Notes: generated from the letters alone by a model not told the origin. Shown: positions 19,164 to 29,274, counted from the first letter of the stretch. The stretch is DNA of 64,000 bases from an uncultured delta proteobacterium (GCA_963737265.1 CAVTRY010000011.1:64001-128000); one strand, 5' to 3'. Program-made: numbers and translations.

Positions 19164-20405
19164 ATGCTTTCATTGCAAACAAACGTAAGTGCGATTATTT
19201 CTCAGAACAACCTGAACACCACCAGCAATTCCCTCGGCACGGCCATGGAAAGGCTGTCGTCCGGTTACCGCATCAACCGTGCGGCCGACGATGCCGCGGG
19301 CCTCGCCGAAAGTGAACAGATGCAAGCCCAGATCGGCGGTCTGACGCAGGCGGCGCAGAACTCGCAGGACGGCATCTCTATGATTCAGACGGGTGAAGGC
19401 GCGCTGGACCAGATCCAGACCATGATGCAACGCATGCGTTCGCTGGCCGTGCAAGCGGCCTCGGACACCAACGGGCAAGCCGATCGCGATAACATCAATT
19501 TGGAGCTTCAACAGCTGGGCACGGAAATCGATAGCATCTCCCAGCTGAGCCAGTTCAACGGGCAGTCGCTGCTCAATGGTTCGTTGGTTACGTCGCAAAT
19601 TGCTGGAACCCAGGGCTGGGATGGTGCCTCGACCGAGCTGGCGGCTTCCACCACGGCACTAGGCGGCGGCGAAACGATCAACAGCGTCGACGTTGGCGGC
19701 TCGCAGCAGAATATGGGTTACAAGGTTAGTACCCAGAGCACTGCGGGAAACACCATTACTTTGACACAGGTGAATTCGAGCGGCGTGACCACCGGTCTAT
19801 CGCAGACGCTCAATCTGACGGATATCGCGGCTGGCCAGGCCGAGGCGCTAAATTTCTCGGATTTTGGCGTGAAGTTCACCGTGGGCAACGCTGCCAACGC
19901 CGCCGCGCCTGTGGCGGCCTCGACCTTGGTGACCGACCTCGGAGCCACGCTTTCGATTGACGCCGGCACTGGCGCTTCATTTGCGACTCTGCAAACTGGC
20001 TCAAATCAGGGCGATGTAACGACGGTTCAGTTCATGAGCACACGCTTGACTGGTGCGACCGGAAATGCGCCGATGGATGGCTTGGCGCAGGCGTTGAATG
20101 CCTTCAACACGACGGCTTCGGCCGACAATGCGTCGAGTCTCATCACAGCTGTCGACAACGCGCTTGGCTCCATCTCGAGCAACCGAGCCACCCTCGGCGC
20201 CGCCCAGAACCGCCTCAACTATACCATCTCCAACCTGGGGACGGCATCGGAGAACCTTCAGCAAGCCAACAGCCGCATCATGGATGTCGATGTGGCGACG
20301 GAATCGTCGGACATGGCCAAAGAACAGGTCCTGGAACAAGCCGGTGTCTCGGTCTTGGCGCAGGCGAACCAACTGCCGCAGTTGGCGCTCAAGCTCTTGG
20401 CGTAA
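19164..20405 (+). CDS. fliC: Flagellin
   Basis: MERLSSGYRINRAADDAAGLA, RATLGAAQNRL, SRIMDVDVA, LAQANQLPQ. Confidence 0.97.
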   Translation: MLSLQTNVSAIISQNNLNTTSNSLGTAMERLSSGYRINRAADDAAGLAESEQMQAQIGGLTQAAQNSQDGISMIQTGEGALDQIQTMMQRMRSLAVQAASDTNGQADRDNINLELQQLGTEIDSISQLSQFNGQSLLNGSLVTSQIAGTQGWDGASTELAASTTALGGGETINSVDVGGSQQNMGYKVSTQSTAGNTITLTQVNSSGVTTGLSQTLNLTDIAAGQAEALNFSDFGVKFTVGNAANAAAPVAASTLVTDLGATLSIDAGTGASFATLQTGSNQGDVTTVQFMSTRLTGATGNAPMDGLAQALNAFNTTASADNASSLITAVDNALGSISSNRATLGAAQNRLNYTISNLGTASENLQQANSRIMDVDVATESSDMAKEQVLEQAGVSVLAQANQLPQLALKLLA

Positions 20406-20453
20406 TAGTCGGATGTAGTAGTCAGGCGGCCCTTCAACCCAACTCAAGAGAAA

Positions 20454-20484
20454 GCCGCTCCGGGGAGAAAATCCTCGGAGCGGC
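20454..20484 (+). terminator. Strong hairpin 3' of fliC (terminator or mRNA stabiliser)
   Basis: GCCGCTCCGGGGA-gaaaa-TCCTCGGAGCGGC, 13-bp stem with one G-U pair; no U-tract on the + strand. Confidence 0.55.
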
Positions 20485-20535
20485 CGAGCCCGAAGAGAAT
20501 TGACAGCAATCTCGGTGAGAAGTGAGGACGTTACC

Positions 20536-20922
20536 ATGAGCGCATTTTCCCGATACACGAAGGTGAACGTGGAGACATCGTCGGCGCCACAGATCATGAT
20601 CTCACTTTTCCAGGCCGCGTTGCGCAATATGCGAGCATCCGCTGGTGCCTTCGAGCGGGGAGACAAGCGCACGGGCAGTATGTTGGCCGAAAAGGCCGCA
20701 AATATCGTTCTAGGCCTGCGGGGCACTTTGAAACCGGAAGTCGCGCCTGAGCTGTGCGGGCGGTTGACGGAGCTTTACACATTCGTTGCCTGCCATTTGG
20801 GTATAGCTGGAACGAAGTTCTCCATCAAGGATGTGCGTGACGCGGAGCGGGTCTTTACCCCAATCGCGGAGGCGTTTATAGAGGCCGTGGCAAAGTCGTC
20901 AGGCCGCGCGGTGGCCGCTTAA
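20536..20922 (+). CDS. fliS: Flagellin chaperone FliS
   Basis: Y..VNVETSSAPQIMISLF..KAANIVLGL..L..LY. Confidence 0.9.
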   Translation: MSAFSRYTKVNVETSSAPQIMISLFQAALRNMRASAGAFERGDKRTGSMLAEKAANIVLGLRGTLKPEVAPELCGRLTELYTFVACHLGIAGTKFSIKDVRDAERVFTPIAEAFIEAVAKSSGRAVAA

Positions 20923-20931
20923 GGGCTAACC

Positions 20932-21219
20932 ATGGCTGCATCGCCCACCGAGCAGTTTCGTGAGCGTCTGCAGAGGGCCGCGGGTTTACTCGAAGTTGGC
21001 GACGTGGCGGGTGCCGCCCGCGTGGCTGCCGAACTGGATGATCTCCAAGGAAGTCTGCCACCCGCGTTGGCGCCGCGCGACCTCGCGGAGGCGCGAAGCC
21101 TTCTAGACCGGTGCGCGGAGCTTGAAAGGGAGCTACGCCAACGTGTGCTAGCGGCAATGAGGCGCCTGGGTGCGGCGCGACGGTCGACAGTCTATTGGAA
21201 CCACGGACGTAGACCTTAA
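20932..21219 (+). CDS. Small helical protein, probable FliT-like chaperone
   Basis: 95 aa amphipathic helices ending ..STVY; between fliS and fliD (positional inference). Confidence 0.55.
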   Translation: MAASPTEQFRERLQRAAGLLEVGDVAGAARVAAELDDLQGSLPPALAPRDLAEARSLLDRCAELERELRQRVLAAMRRLGAARRSTVYWNHGRRP

Positions 21220-21243
21220 CGTTGTCGCGAGATATACCGATAA
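21216..21243 (+). promoter_or_regulatory. Sigma-28 promoter of fliD
   Basis: TTAA-N16-ACCGATAA, near the canonical TAAA-N15-GCCGATAA. Confidence 0.75.
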
Positions 21244-21261
21244 CCCATTCGGAGGGCAGCC

Positions 21262-22659
21262 ATGACCAGCATTCTATCGACGACTCCATCGACGGCGGCG
21301 CAACTGGCGTCGCTGACGAGCTCGCTTCTGCAGAGCAGTGGCGGCGTCACGTCCAGCATGAATACGACCGAGATTGTTGCGGCGTTGGTGCAGGCGGATT
21401 CGGTGCCCCTACAAAATCTTCAGCAGAAGCAGAGCGACTACCAGGTGCAGATATCGACGTTGGGGAGCTTGGTTTCGCAGTTGCAGGCGTTAGGCACGGC
21501 CGCCTCCGCATTGTCCACTGGCGGCGTGGTGCCCATGCAGGCAAGCTCGACCTACAGTGATTTCAACGTAACCGGTTCCGCACAGGCCGCGGGCAGCTAC
21601 GATATCAGTGTGACCATGCTAGCCCAAGAGGCGAAGATGCGGTCAACGAGCTATACTTCGGCGCAAGACGCATCACTGGTCCCGTCTGGGAACCTGCAAT
21701 TCAACATCGATGGCACGAATACCGCGGTCATCGACACGACAGGGAAGTCGCTGGCAGATGTCGCAGACGCAATCAACCAGGACGTACCACAGCTAACAGC
21801 GTCTGTTGTCGCTGACGGAGCGGGCAATTACTACTTGAACGTTGCCAGAAACACCACGGGCTACGCCACGACATCAAATGCGGCGCTGACCGTCGTCAGC
21901 GATCCGGGGCTGGGACTGACGGTTACGCAGAATGCTCAGAATGCGCAACTCACTGTGGATAAGCTGCCGATTCAGCGAACCACCAACACCATATCCGACA
22001 TCATACCAGGCGTTACTCTAAATCTAACCGGGCAGTCTGGGGCGGATAACAACGTGGTATTTGCCGCGAACAGCAGCGGGTCGACGGCAGCGCTTAGCAA
22101 CTTCGTCAGTGCCTACAATACCCTGGCAACGACTCTGTCCAGTCAGCTCGACGCCGACCCAACGCAGGCGTATGGAAATACCCTCATTGACTACTCGGCT
22201 GCAGCAAGTATCGAAAACTCCATGCAGCAGCTCCTTTCGCAAGTGGTCGTGCCAAGCGGAGCGGTGTGTTCGTTGGCCGACTTGGGGTTGGAATTGCAAC
22301 AGAACGGAACCCTCAATCTAAATACGACGACTCTGAACAATGCAATCGCAACGAACCCGGGTGCGGTCAATGCAATATTTTCGACCGCGACAACCGGGAT
22401 AGCCGCGTCGGTTCAGGCGCTCGTCGACAGCCAGACTAACCCAACGACGGGAGCATTGGTGAATGAGGAGAGCTCATTAAACTCGAGCATTTCCGACATG
22501 AGCACTGAAGAGACGGACATGCAAAACAACCTCAATCTGGAGCAGGCGACGCTGACCGCGCAGTTCACGGCCATGCAGCAGCTCGTGAGCAGCTTTACCC
22601 GGGCGAATAGCTACCTTACGGCGGTCCAGAGTCTCCAGAATAGCAACGCGTCGGGATAG
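21262..22659 (+). CDS. fliD: Filament cap protein FliD
   Basis: IVAALVQAD..P, GSYDISVTMLAQ, TNTISDIIPGVTLNL, FVSAYN, LTAQFTAMQ. Confidence 0.93.
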   Translation: MTSILSTTPSTAAQLASLTSSLLQSSGGVTSSMNTTEIVAALVQADSVPLQNLQQKQSDYQVQISTLGSLVSQLQALGTAASALSTGGVVPMQASSTYSDFNVTGSAQAAGSYDISVTMLAQEAKMRSTSYTSAQDASLVPSGNLQFNIDGTNTAVIDTTGKSLADVADAINQDVPQLTASVVADGAGNYYLNVARNTTGYATTSNAALTVVSDPGLGLTVTQNAQNAQLTVDKLPIQRTTNTISDIIPGVTLNLTGQSGADNNVVFAANSSGSTAALSNFVSAYNTLATTLSSQLDADPTQAYGNTLIDYSAAASIENSMQQLLSQVVVPSGAVCSLADLGLELQQNGTLNLNTTTLNNAIATNPGAVNAIFSTATTGIAASVQALVDSQTNPTTGALVNEESSLNSSISDMSTEETDMQNNLNLEQATLTAQFTAMQQLVSSFTRANSYLTAVQSLQNSNASG

Positions 22660-22728
22660 TCAGACGGTCCCGAAGACGCCCGAACGGCGACGCGGAGAAT
22701 TTCGCCACGGGCTACCGGTGCTCTCGAC

Positions 22729-22756
22729 TCAAGAAAGGCGTGCGAGCCGCCGACGG
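22729..22756 (+). promoter_or_regulatory. Putative sigma-28 promoter of the GT41 gene
   Basis: TCAA-N16-GCCGACGG, 15 nt before ATG 22772. Confidence 0.5.
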
Positions 22757-22771
22757 TAGTCCCTAATCGCG

Positions 22772-24907
22772 ATGAGTACAAATGCCAAGCTGCGTGGCCG
22801 TCAGGCCGAGGTGAAGGGGCATGCCGAAAGAAGGGCGGCAAAATTCTGCGCTCAAGCCAAGGTCGCGTTGGCTCGAGGAGACTTGAACGCGGCAGAGAAA
22901 GCGTATGTCGCGGCGATAGGGCTCGGGTCTCAGGACCTTGACGCGCACAACAATCTCGCGGCGATCTATGACAAGAAGGGATCGAAGGCAGAGGAGGAGC
23001 TGGCCTTGCTGGGCAAGGCGGCTTCTCTGGCCCCTCAAAACGCACTCGTTCGGCAAAATCTTGTGAAGGTCCTGCGGAGAGAGGCGTGCTCGCTCGATCA
23101 AGCTGGTCGATTGCAGGAGGCGCTAGGGCTGTTCTTGCGTTGGGCGGAGGTCGACCCCGATTCGGCGGCAGCGCAGCGCGCGGTTGGTTACTGCTATAGC
23201 AAGCTGAGACAGTGGAGGACTGCCATCCAATACTTTACGGTTGCGATCAATCGCGAGCCAGAAAATGCGACCTACTACTGCGATCTTGGCCTGGCGTGCT
23301 TCGAGCTGGGGCTACTGGCCGAGGCGAAGGGAGCGTTTCAGCGAGTCCTAGAACTGGATCCGAAGTCGGTCTATGCGTTTACGCATTTGGGTCTTATTGC
23401 GAATCTCACGGGTATGATGTGGGTCGCCGTCAATATGACGAGGCGGGCGTTGGAAATCGATCCGAATTGCGGCCAGGCGCACAACAATTTAGCGCTATTC
23501 ATGCGGGACCAGGGCGCACTTGCCGAGTGCCGGCGCCACTACCAGGAGGCCGTTCGGCTAAGGCCCGACGACGCGAAGATATATTCCGGGTACCTCTTGT
23601 CTCTCAATGACGATCCGGACGCCGATCAGAACTGGGTAGCAGCAGAACACCGGCGATTTGAGCGAATTGTCAAGCGGAGCGGCCGTATGTTGGGCGCCCG
23701 GTCGCTGGACCCAGAAAGACGTCTGCGGATAGCGTATTTGTCTCCGGATTTTCGGACGCATTCGGTAGCCTTCTTTATCGCGGCCGTTCTTGAAGAGCAC
23801 GACCGAAGTGCCGTTGAAATTACGTGCTATGCGACTGGCAACAAGGACGACGAGATGACCGCGCGGATACGCGCCGCGGCTGAGCGTTGGCGCGAGGCGT
23901 ACAGGATGAGTGATAGCGAGCTTGCCGCTCTGATCCAAGAGGATGCTATCGATGTCATCGTCGAGCTGTCGGGTCATACGGGGAATAGCCGACTGGCAAT
24001 GCTCTCGGAACGGACCGCTCCGGTCCAGATTACCTATCTCGGGTATCCGAATACGACGGGACTGGAGAGCATGGACTACCGCATCACAGACGCCGTTGCA
24101 GACCCTGAGGGCGATGGCGACGTCTGGTGTACAGAGAAATTGGTGAGACTGGAAGGGGGATTTCTCGCGTATTCACCGCCCTCCTACGCCAGAGACCTTG
24201 AAGTCGGCGAATTGCCCTTCCGAAAAACGGGCCGAATAACTTTCGGCAGCTTCAACAATCTTGCCAAGATCAACGACAAGGTGCTTGAATGTTGGGCGGC
24301 GATTCTTGCCCGGGTGCAAGGCAGCAGAATTCTCCTTAAGGCACGCGGTTTGCGCGACGAGAGAATCAAGGAGCGGATGTTGACGGCGCTCGCCAACGGC
24401 GGCGCGATTGTGGGTGAACGAGTGTGCCTGATGGGACACGAACGGTCGATTGAGAAGCATTTGCGAATGTATAACGAGGTGGATTTGGCGCTAGACACGT
24501 TCCCATACAACGGCACAACCACGACTTGCGAAGCGATGTGGATGGGCGTACCTGTCGTGACCTTGGCGGGCCGTTGTCACGCTGGAAGGGTGGGGGCGAG
24601 CCTGCTAACAAGAGTAGGGTTGGAGGGATGGGTAGCCAGTGACCGAGCGGACTATATAGAGAAGGCTGCGTCTTGGGCAGGGAACCCCGCCGGCCTGGCC
24701 GAATTGCGCATGGGATTGCGTGAGAGACTTCGAGCCTCGCCATTGATGGATGCCAAGCGTGTTGCGCGGAGGTTGGAGGCAGTTTACCGCGAGGCCTGGC
24801 GGACCTACTGTGGAAAACCCCAAAGTGGAGGCATCCGAGCGGGGGCAAGAGGCCGCAGTGGGAACGCCGCACGTGCGGGAAATTGGGACCTTCCGGACAT
24901 CGATTAG
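22772..24907 (+). CDS. TPR-containing O-GlcNAc transferase/SPINDLY-like glycosyltransferase (GT41)
   Basis: N-terminal TPRs; LRIAYLSPDFRTHSV, ELSGHT, APVQITYLGYPNTTG, FGSFNNLAKI, LDTFPYNGTTTTCEAMWMGVPV. Confidence 0.92.
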   Translation: MSTNAKLRGRQAEVKGHAERRAAKFCAQAKVALARGDLNAAEKAYVAAIGLGSQDLDAHNNLAAIYDKKGSKAEEELALLGKAASLAPQNALVRQNLVKVLRREACSLDQAGRLQEALGLFLRWAEVDPDSAAAQRAVGYCYSKLRQWRTAIQYFTVAINREPENATYYCDLGLACFELGLLAEAKGAFQRVLELDPKSVYAFTHLGLIANLTGMMWVAVNMTRRALEIDPNCGQAHNNLALFMRDQGALAECRRHYQEAVRLRPDDAKIYSGYLLSLNDDPDADQNWVAAEHRRFERIVKRSGRMLGARSLDPERRLRIAYLSPDFRTHSVAFFIAAVLEEHDRSAVEITCYATGNKDDEMTARIRAAAERWREAYRMSDSELAALIQEDAIDVIVELSGHTGNSRLAMLSERTAPVQITYLGYPNTTGLESMDYRITDAVADPEGDGDVWCTEKLVRLEGGFLAYSPPSYARDLEVGELPFRKTGRITFGSFNNLAKINDKVLECWAAILARVQGSRILLKARGLRDERIKERMLTALANGGAIVGERVCLMGHERSIEKHLRMYNEVDLALDTFPYNGTTTTCEAMWMGVPVVTLAGRCHAGRVGASLLTRVGLEGWVASDRADYIEKAASWAGNPAGLAELRMGLRERLRASPLMDAKRVARRLEAVYREAWRTYCGKPQSGGIRAGARGRSGNAARAGNWDLPDID

Positions 24908-26871
24908 GAAGCAGCTCGCAGCGCCTCTGGGTGGTGCTGTGGAAGAAATGAGGCGATCGGCAGCGAGCGATTAAGGAATCCAATCTGGCGGGCGAGAATT
25001 CCCTTGCGCTCGTCCGAAGACACCACGACATCCAGATAGGTGGTGGCTGTAACACCGATCGAGCGCAAATGTCGGGATTTGCCGAGATACTTCTCGCGTG
25101 GGCCGTCGGCGCCTAGGAGGGTGAGTCGCGCGGCCATCTGTTCGAATAGAGTCGGGTTGTAGGGATCCGCCACGATTAGGTGTTCGAGCAGACGGGCGGC
25201 GGCCACGGGATTGCTGCAGAAATCTGCGAGGCGAATGAGCAGATTCCAGGCGTAGGTGTTGGTTGGGTCTAGCAACAGGATCTTTTGGCTGGCGGCCTCA
25301 AGCTCCCGCACCAAAACACCGGATGCTTCCAGACGCCCCGCTGAAGCTACGGCGACCAGTGCCTCAGGTGGGGGACATAGCCGTACAACAAGGGGTACTC
25401 GGTATGCGCGGTTGCAGTCCGGACAGCTGATGCTTGCTAGCATTCCAGGCGTACCCGTGAGGGTATAATTGCGACCTTGCGCTCCGCAATAGGGACAAGC
25501 GCAGGTCGCCGTTACGACTTTGGGGTCGGAGGAATTGAGGTCAAGAAGCTTTCCGGCGAAGCCGAATGAAACGATTGCACGGCTCGTGAGCAACCGGGAG
25601 GCAAGGAAAGCCTCGTCGGACATGGAGGTCGCATTGATTTCTGAATTTCCGGAGAGAAGGTAGGCGACGGGGTCGGCGATGAGGCCGCGGGCGAGTGCGT
25701 CGTCATAGATGCGCGAACCCGGGTGATAGCCGATATTCGCGAAGCGAAAATTGTATTGCGGATGGTTGCTGAACCATTCGAGCGACTCGGTCACGGTCTC
25801 GAGCGTTTCGGCCGGATCGCCAAAGATAAGGTTAGACCAAATGCCAATCTTGGCGTCGTAGATTTGCGGCAGCAGCAGCTCCAGTTGCTGCTTCGTCGTT
25901 CGCTTCTGCATGCTCTTCAAGACCGTAGGGCTCATGCTTTCAACGCCCACGCTAATGCAGCAGCAGCCGCTATCCTTCATCAGCTTCAGAACGTCAGGAT
26001 TGAGTTGTCCAGCGGTCATCGAGCATTCCCAGCGCAGTCCGAGTTTGGCGATTCGCCGACAAAAGTCCTCCAGGCGAGAACGCTGCAAACAGAACAGGTC
26101 GTCGTAGACGAAGACAGCGTTAATCCCGTAGCGGACTACTGCCGCCTGAACTTCTGCAAACACGTCGTCAAGGGACCGCAGGCGATAGCGCCGTCCAGCT
26201 GCCTCGTGACAACAAAAGGTGCAGGAGTACGGGCATCCTCTGCTGGTCAGGATCGGCATGACCCGCGTGTTCTTGTCGACGACCAGACCTGGGGCGCATT
26301 CACCCGGACGATGCAGTCCAGCGTAGACGTCGAGGCCCAGTCCCTCGTAGTCGACCCACGGCAGCGTGTCAAGATTCTCTTCGATGAGGCGCGGCTCGGT
26401 GAGCTTGAGGACGTCGGGATTTCCGGGCTCGCGATAGATCAGGCCGTTGACGTTGAACGGTTCTTGTCCGATGGCGAGAGCGGCTGCCAGTTCCACGCTG
26501 GTATGCTCGCCTTCTCCGATGACGCCATAGTCGGCTTCGGGAACGGCATTCATGACGACCTGGGGCTGGTTGGAAACGAGTGGACCGCCGACGACGATCT
26601 TGGCGGCGGGAAGCTTCTGACGCGCTAGCGCAGCCGCGTGCTTGATTTCAGCCAGGTGGAAGGCCATACCTCCCAGCGCGACGATGTTGGGTTGGCGGCG
26701 ATCGAGCTCCTCCGACACCAAATCATCCAATGACTCGCGGGAGTGGTTGGGATTCAGGAGGACGACATCGTGGCCGGCGTGCTTGAGGCTGGCCGAAACG
26801 TAGCCAATCCCGAGGGGAAGATGGTAGGTGCCCAAATGCGTCTGTCGGCAAACGATGATTAGAATTCTCAT
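24904..26871 (-). CDS. Cobalamin-dependent radical SAM protein with C-terminal Zn-ribbon and TPR-like tail
   Basis: PLGIGYVSASLK..GG.. B12-binding domain; TSRGCPYSCTFC; GVES; CPYC..CPDC. Confidence 0.92.
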   Translation of the reverse strand: MRILIIVCRQTHLGTYHLPLGIGYVSASLKHAGHDVVLLNPNHSRESLDDLVSEELDRRQPNIVALGGMAFHLAEIKHAAALARQKLPAAKIVVGGPLVSNQPQVVMNAVPEADYGVIGEGEHTSVELAAALAIGQEPFNVNGLIYREPGNPDVLKLTEPRLIEENLDTLPWVDYEGLGLDVYAGLHRPGECAPGLVVDKNTRVMPILTSRGCPYSCTFCCHEAAGRRYRLRSLDDVFAEVQAAVVRYGINAVFVYDDLFCLQRSRLEDFCRRIAKLGLRWECSMTAGQLNPDVLKLMKDSGCCCISVGVESMSPTVLKSMQKRTTKQQLELLLPQIYDAKIGIWSNLIFGDPAETLETVTESLEWFSNHPQYNFRFANIGYHPGSRIYDDALARGLIADPVAYLLSGNSEINATSMSDEAFLASRLLTSRAIVSFGFAGKLLDLNSSDPKVVTATCACPYCGAQGRNYTLTGTPGMLASISCPDCNRAYRVPLVVRLCPPPEALVAVASAGRLEASGVLVRELEAASQKILLLDPTNTYAWNLLIRLADFCSNPVAAARLLEHLIVADPYNPTLFEQMAARLTLLGADGPREKYLGKSRHLRSIGVTATTYLDVVVSSDERKGILARQIGFLNRSLPIASFLPQHHPEALRAAS

Positions 26872-26884
26872 TGAGGGTCACTCG

Positions 26885-27424
26885 TCAGGTCGATTGTTTG
26901 CCGGGCTTGGTTGCGATGACATTCAAACTGATGGGAATCCCTTTGAATCGCATCGCGCTCGTATCGTTGAATAGGTCGAAGCCAGAAACCCTGCGCGGAT
27001 GGGCGAATCCTGCGCGGGATAGAAAACAGGCAAGAAACTCCTCGTTGAAACCCACCAAATGGTAGTCGTGTTGGTCGATGTGGCCGCCGAACAGCATACG
27101 CATGACAAAGAACCGCTCTTCCAGCGTCAGGTCCTCCTTGACCAGAAGCAACTTGGCCAGAACTTCGAGATCGGGAACGCTGACGTAGAGGGTTCCGCGC
27201 GGCGCCAGTACGCGCGCCCACTCCTTGAGCGCGTGGTCAAGCTCGCCAGCGTAGTCAAAATGCTCAAGGGTGTGCGAGGCGTAGATCTCGGCAAAAGCGT
27301 CATCCGCAAATCTGGAGAGGTCGTTCGCATTGCCGACATGGTCTACGTGGGGGCCGGCAGTGATATTGAAGATTTCCCAGCCTGTGGCGGGAGCCGTGCC
27401 GCCGATATGAAGCTTCTTCAGCAT
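26885..27424 (-). CDS. SAM-dependent methyltransferase (type 11-like)
   Basis: KLHIGG, IYASHTLEHF, EWARVLAPRGTLYVSVPD. Confidence 0.85.
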   Translation of the reverse strand: MLKKLHIGGTAPATGWEIFNITAGPHVDHVGNANDLSRFADDAFAEIYASHTLEHFDYAGELDHALKEWARVLAPRGTLYVSVPDLEVLAKLLLVKEDLTLEERFFVMRMLFGGHIDQHDYHLVGFNEEFLACFLSRAGFAHPRRVSGFDLFNDTSAMRFKGIPISLNVIATKPGKQST

Positions 27425-27493
27425 TGTGAGACTACCTTTCGGGTATTTGCCGCACTCCTGGTCCAATCGTGAAAATATTTGAGAGGCTAGCCG

Positions 27494-28270
27494 TCACTTC
27501 GCAATCGCATCCAAATTGTCCGTTGCGCGAACCTCGACCACGAGATCGATGCGGCGGTTGAGCTCGCGCCCGCCCGGTGTGTCGTTGGTGGCTATGGGGC
27601 GACTGTCGGCGTATCCGGCGGCGCTTAGAAGGTTGCTTGGGATGCGGTGAGCACGTTCGAGGTAGCTGGTTACCGACGCCGCGCGCGAGGACGAAAGGTC
27701 CCAATTGTCGCGAAAACGCGCGCCGATTACCAGTGTGTCGTCGGTGTGACCCTCGATGCGGATGGGGCGGCGCAGCCGCGCGAGCTCGTCGGCAACGACA
27801 TCGAGCACTGGGATGACCTCCGGTCGAAGAGCGGCTTGCATGGGATCGAAAAAGTGAGCCACGGACAACCGCACCATCAGCTTGCGTCCGTCAATGTGCA
27901 GGGTGACCGCCGTGGTCATGCCCGGCTTCTCCACCAGGAAGCCTTTGAACTTCTTTTCCATCCGGCGACGCATGGCCTCGATGGCCTCCACTTGCTTTTG
28001 CGAGGGCTTCTCGGAGTCGGAGAGATTGGCCATGCAGCCACCTTCACTGGCTGGGCCATCGAAGATGGGCATGGTGTCCACGCCGCCCTCGCCCTTGAAG
28101 TGCATAGCGAACTTGATCGACTTCATAACGTCGATCATGCGCTTGTTGTCAATTCTGCTGGTCGAATAGAGAACGACAAAAAAGGCGAAAAGAAGGGTGA
28201 TGAAGTCGGCATAGGAAACCAGCCAGCGTTCGTGATTTTCATGGTCTTCGTGTGTTTCGCGCTTGGCCAA
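27494..28270 (-). CDS. motB: Stator protein MotB
   Basis: ERWLVSYADFITLLFAFFVVLY; OmpA-like EGHTD, NWDLS, NRRID. Confidence 0.96.
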   Translation of the reverse strand: MAKRETHEDHENHERWLVSYADFITLLFAFFVVLYSTSRIDNKRMIDVMKSIKFAMHFKGEGGVDTMPIFDGPASEGGCMANLSDSEKPSQKQVEAIEAMRRRMEKKFKGFLVEKPGMTTAVTLHIDGRKLMVRLSVAHFFDPMQAALRPEVIPVLDVVADELARLRRPIRIEGHTDDTLVIGARFRDNWDLSSSRAASVTSYLERAHRIPSNLLSAAGYADSRPIATNDTPGGRELNRRIDLVVEVRATDNLDAIAK

Positions 28271-28273
28271 GGG

Positions 28274-29044
28274 TTACTCTTTCGCGGGTTGAGGGGCGCC
28301 GTGAAGACCCGCGTAAGCAAGAAGCTTTTCGCGAAGCACGCGTGGGTTTAGGCCGGCCTGGATCGACAGCGCGCCCTCGGCGATGAGCACGCGGCGCTCC
28401 TTTTCGATCGCTAGCTTGCGCTTGATCTTGTTGGCAAGCGGCAGGAAGAGGAGGTTGGCACTGCCGACGCCATAGACGGTGGCAACGAATGCGGTTGCGA
28501 TGCCACTGCCGAGCTTCGACGGGTCGTTGAGGTTCTCCATGACGTGAATGAGGCCGAGCACGGCGCCCAGAATGCCCACGGTGGGGGCATAGCCGCCCAT
28601 CGCCTCGAATACCTTGGCGCCGACGGTTCCTTCCTCGAATTCGCGCACGATCTCGGTTTCCAAGGAATCGCGGGCCACTGTCGCGTCGACACCGTCGACG
28701 ATGAAGCCGACAGCTCGTTTCAGAAACGGATCTTTCAATTCAGGCAAGCGCTGCTCGAGAGCGAGCACGCCATCGCGGCGAGCCACGCCCGCCAAGTCGA
28801 CGATTTGGTCGAGTATTTGTTGCAGGTCGCTCTTCCGTTGCGTAAGAGTCCCGGCGCCCATCTTGATACCTCGGATGAATTCCTTGATGGGGAAGGACAC
28901 CATGACCGCGCCGATGGTGCCGCCAAATACAATCATGGCGGCGGTCAGTTGCAGGATCGAGCTGACGTGGCCGCCCTCGATTGCCTGGCCGACCAGGATC
29001 ATTCCTATGGCAAAGACAAGCCCGCCGATGGTACCGAAATCCAT
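28274..29044 (-). CDS. motA: Stator protein MotA
   Basis: IVFGGTIGA, RRDGVLALE, GGYAPTVGILGAVLGLI, AFVATVYG. Confidence 0.96.
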   Translation of the reverse strand: MDFGTIGGLVFAIGMILVGQAIEGGHVSSILQLTAAMIVFGGTIGAVMVSFPIKEFIRGIKMGAGTLTQRKSDLQQILDQIVDLAGVARRDGVLALEQRLPELKDPFLKRAVGFIVDGVDATVARDSLETEIVREFEEGTVGAKVFEAMGGYAPTVGILGAVLGLIHVMENLNDPSKLGSGIATAFVATVYGVGSANLLFLPLANKIKRKLAIEKERRVLIAEGALSIQAGLNPRVLREKLLAYAGLHGAPQPAKE

Positions 29045-29047
29045 CAG

Positions 29048-29257
29048 CTATTCCTTTCCTGGAACGACCACGGGCCCTTGGCAGATCTTGCGGCGGTATT
29101 CGACCACGTGGGCGACGACGTCCTCGACGCTGTCCTTGACCAAAATATGGTGTCCTGTCGTGAGAGTCAGCATTGTGTCGGGCGTCTTCTCCACCGTCGC
29201 AATCAACTCGGCGTTGACGACAACCTCGCTTCCGTCCAGGCGAATCAGTGGAATCAT
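29048..29257 (-). CDS. flbD: FlbD/SwrD family flagellar protein
   Basis: MIPLIRLDGSEVVVNAELIATVEKTPDT; between flgE and motA. Confidence 0.9.
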   Translation of the reverse strand: MIPLIRLDGSEVVVNAELIATVEKTPDTMLTLTTGHHILVKDSVEDVVAHVVEYRRKICQGPVVVPGKE

Positions 29258-29274
29258 TCGGAATCTCCTCATCA

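Noticed and set aside
20434-20461. TCAA-N16-GCCGCTCC as a fliS sigma-28 promoter
   Set aside because: The -10 part is a poor match and is better explained as the arm of the post-fliC hairpin
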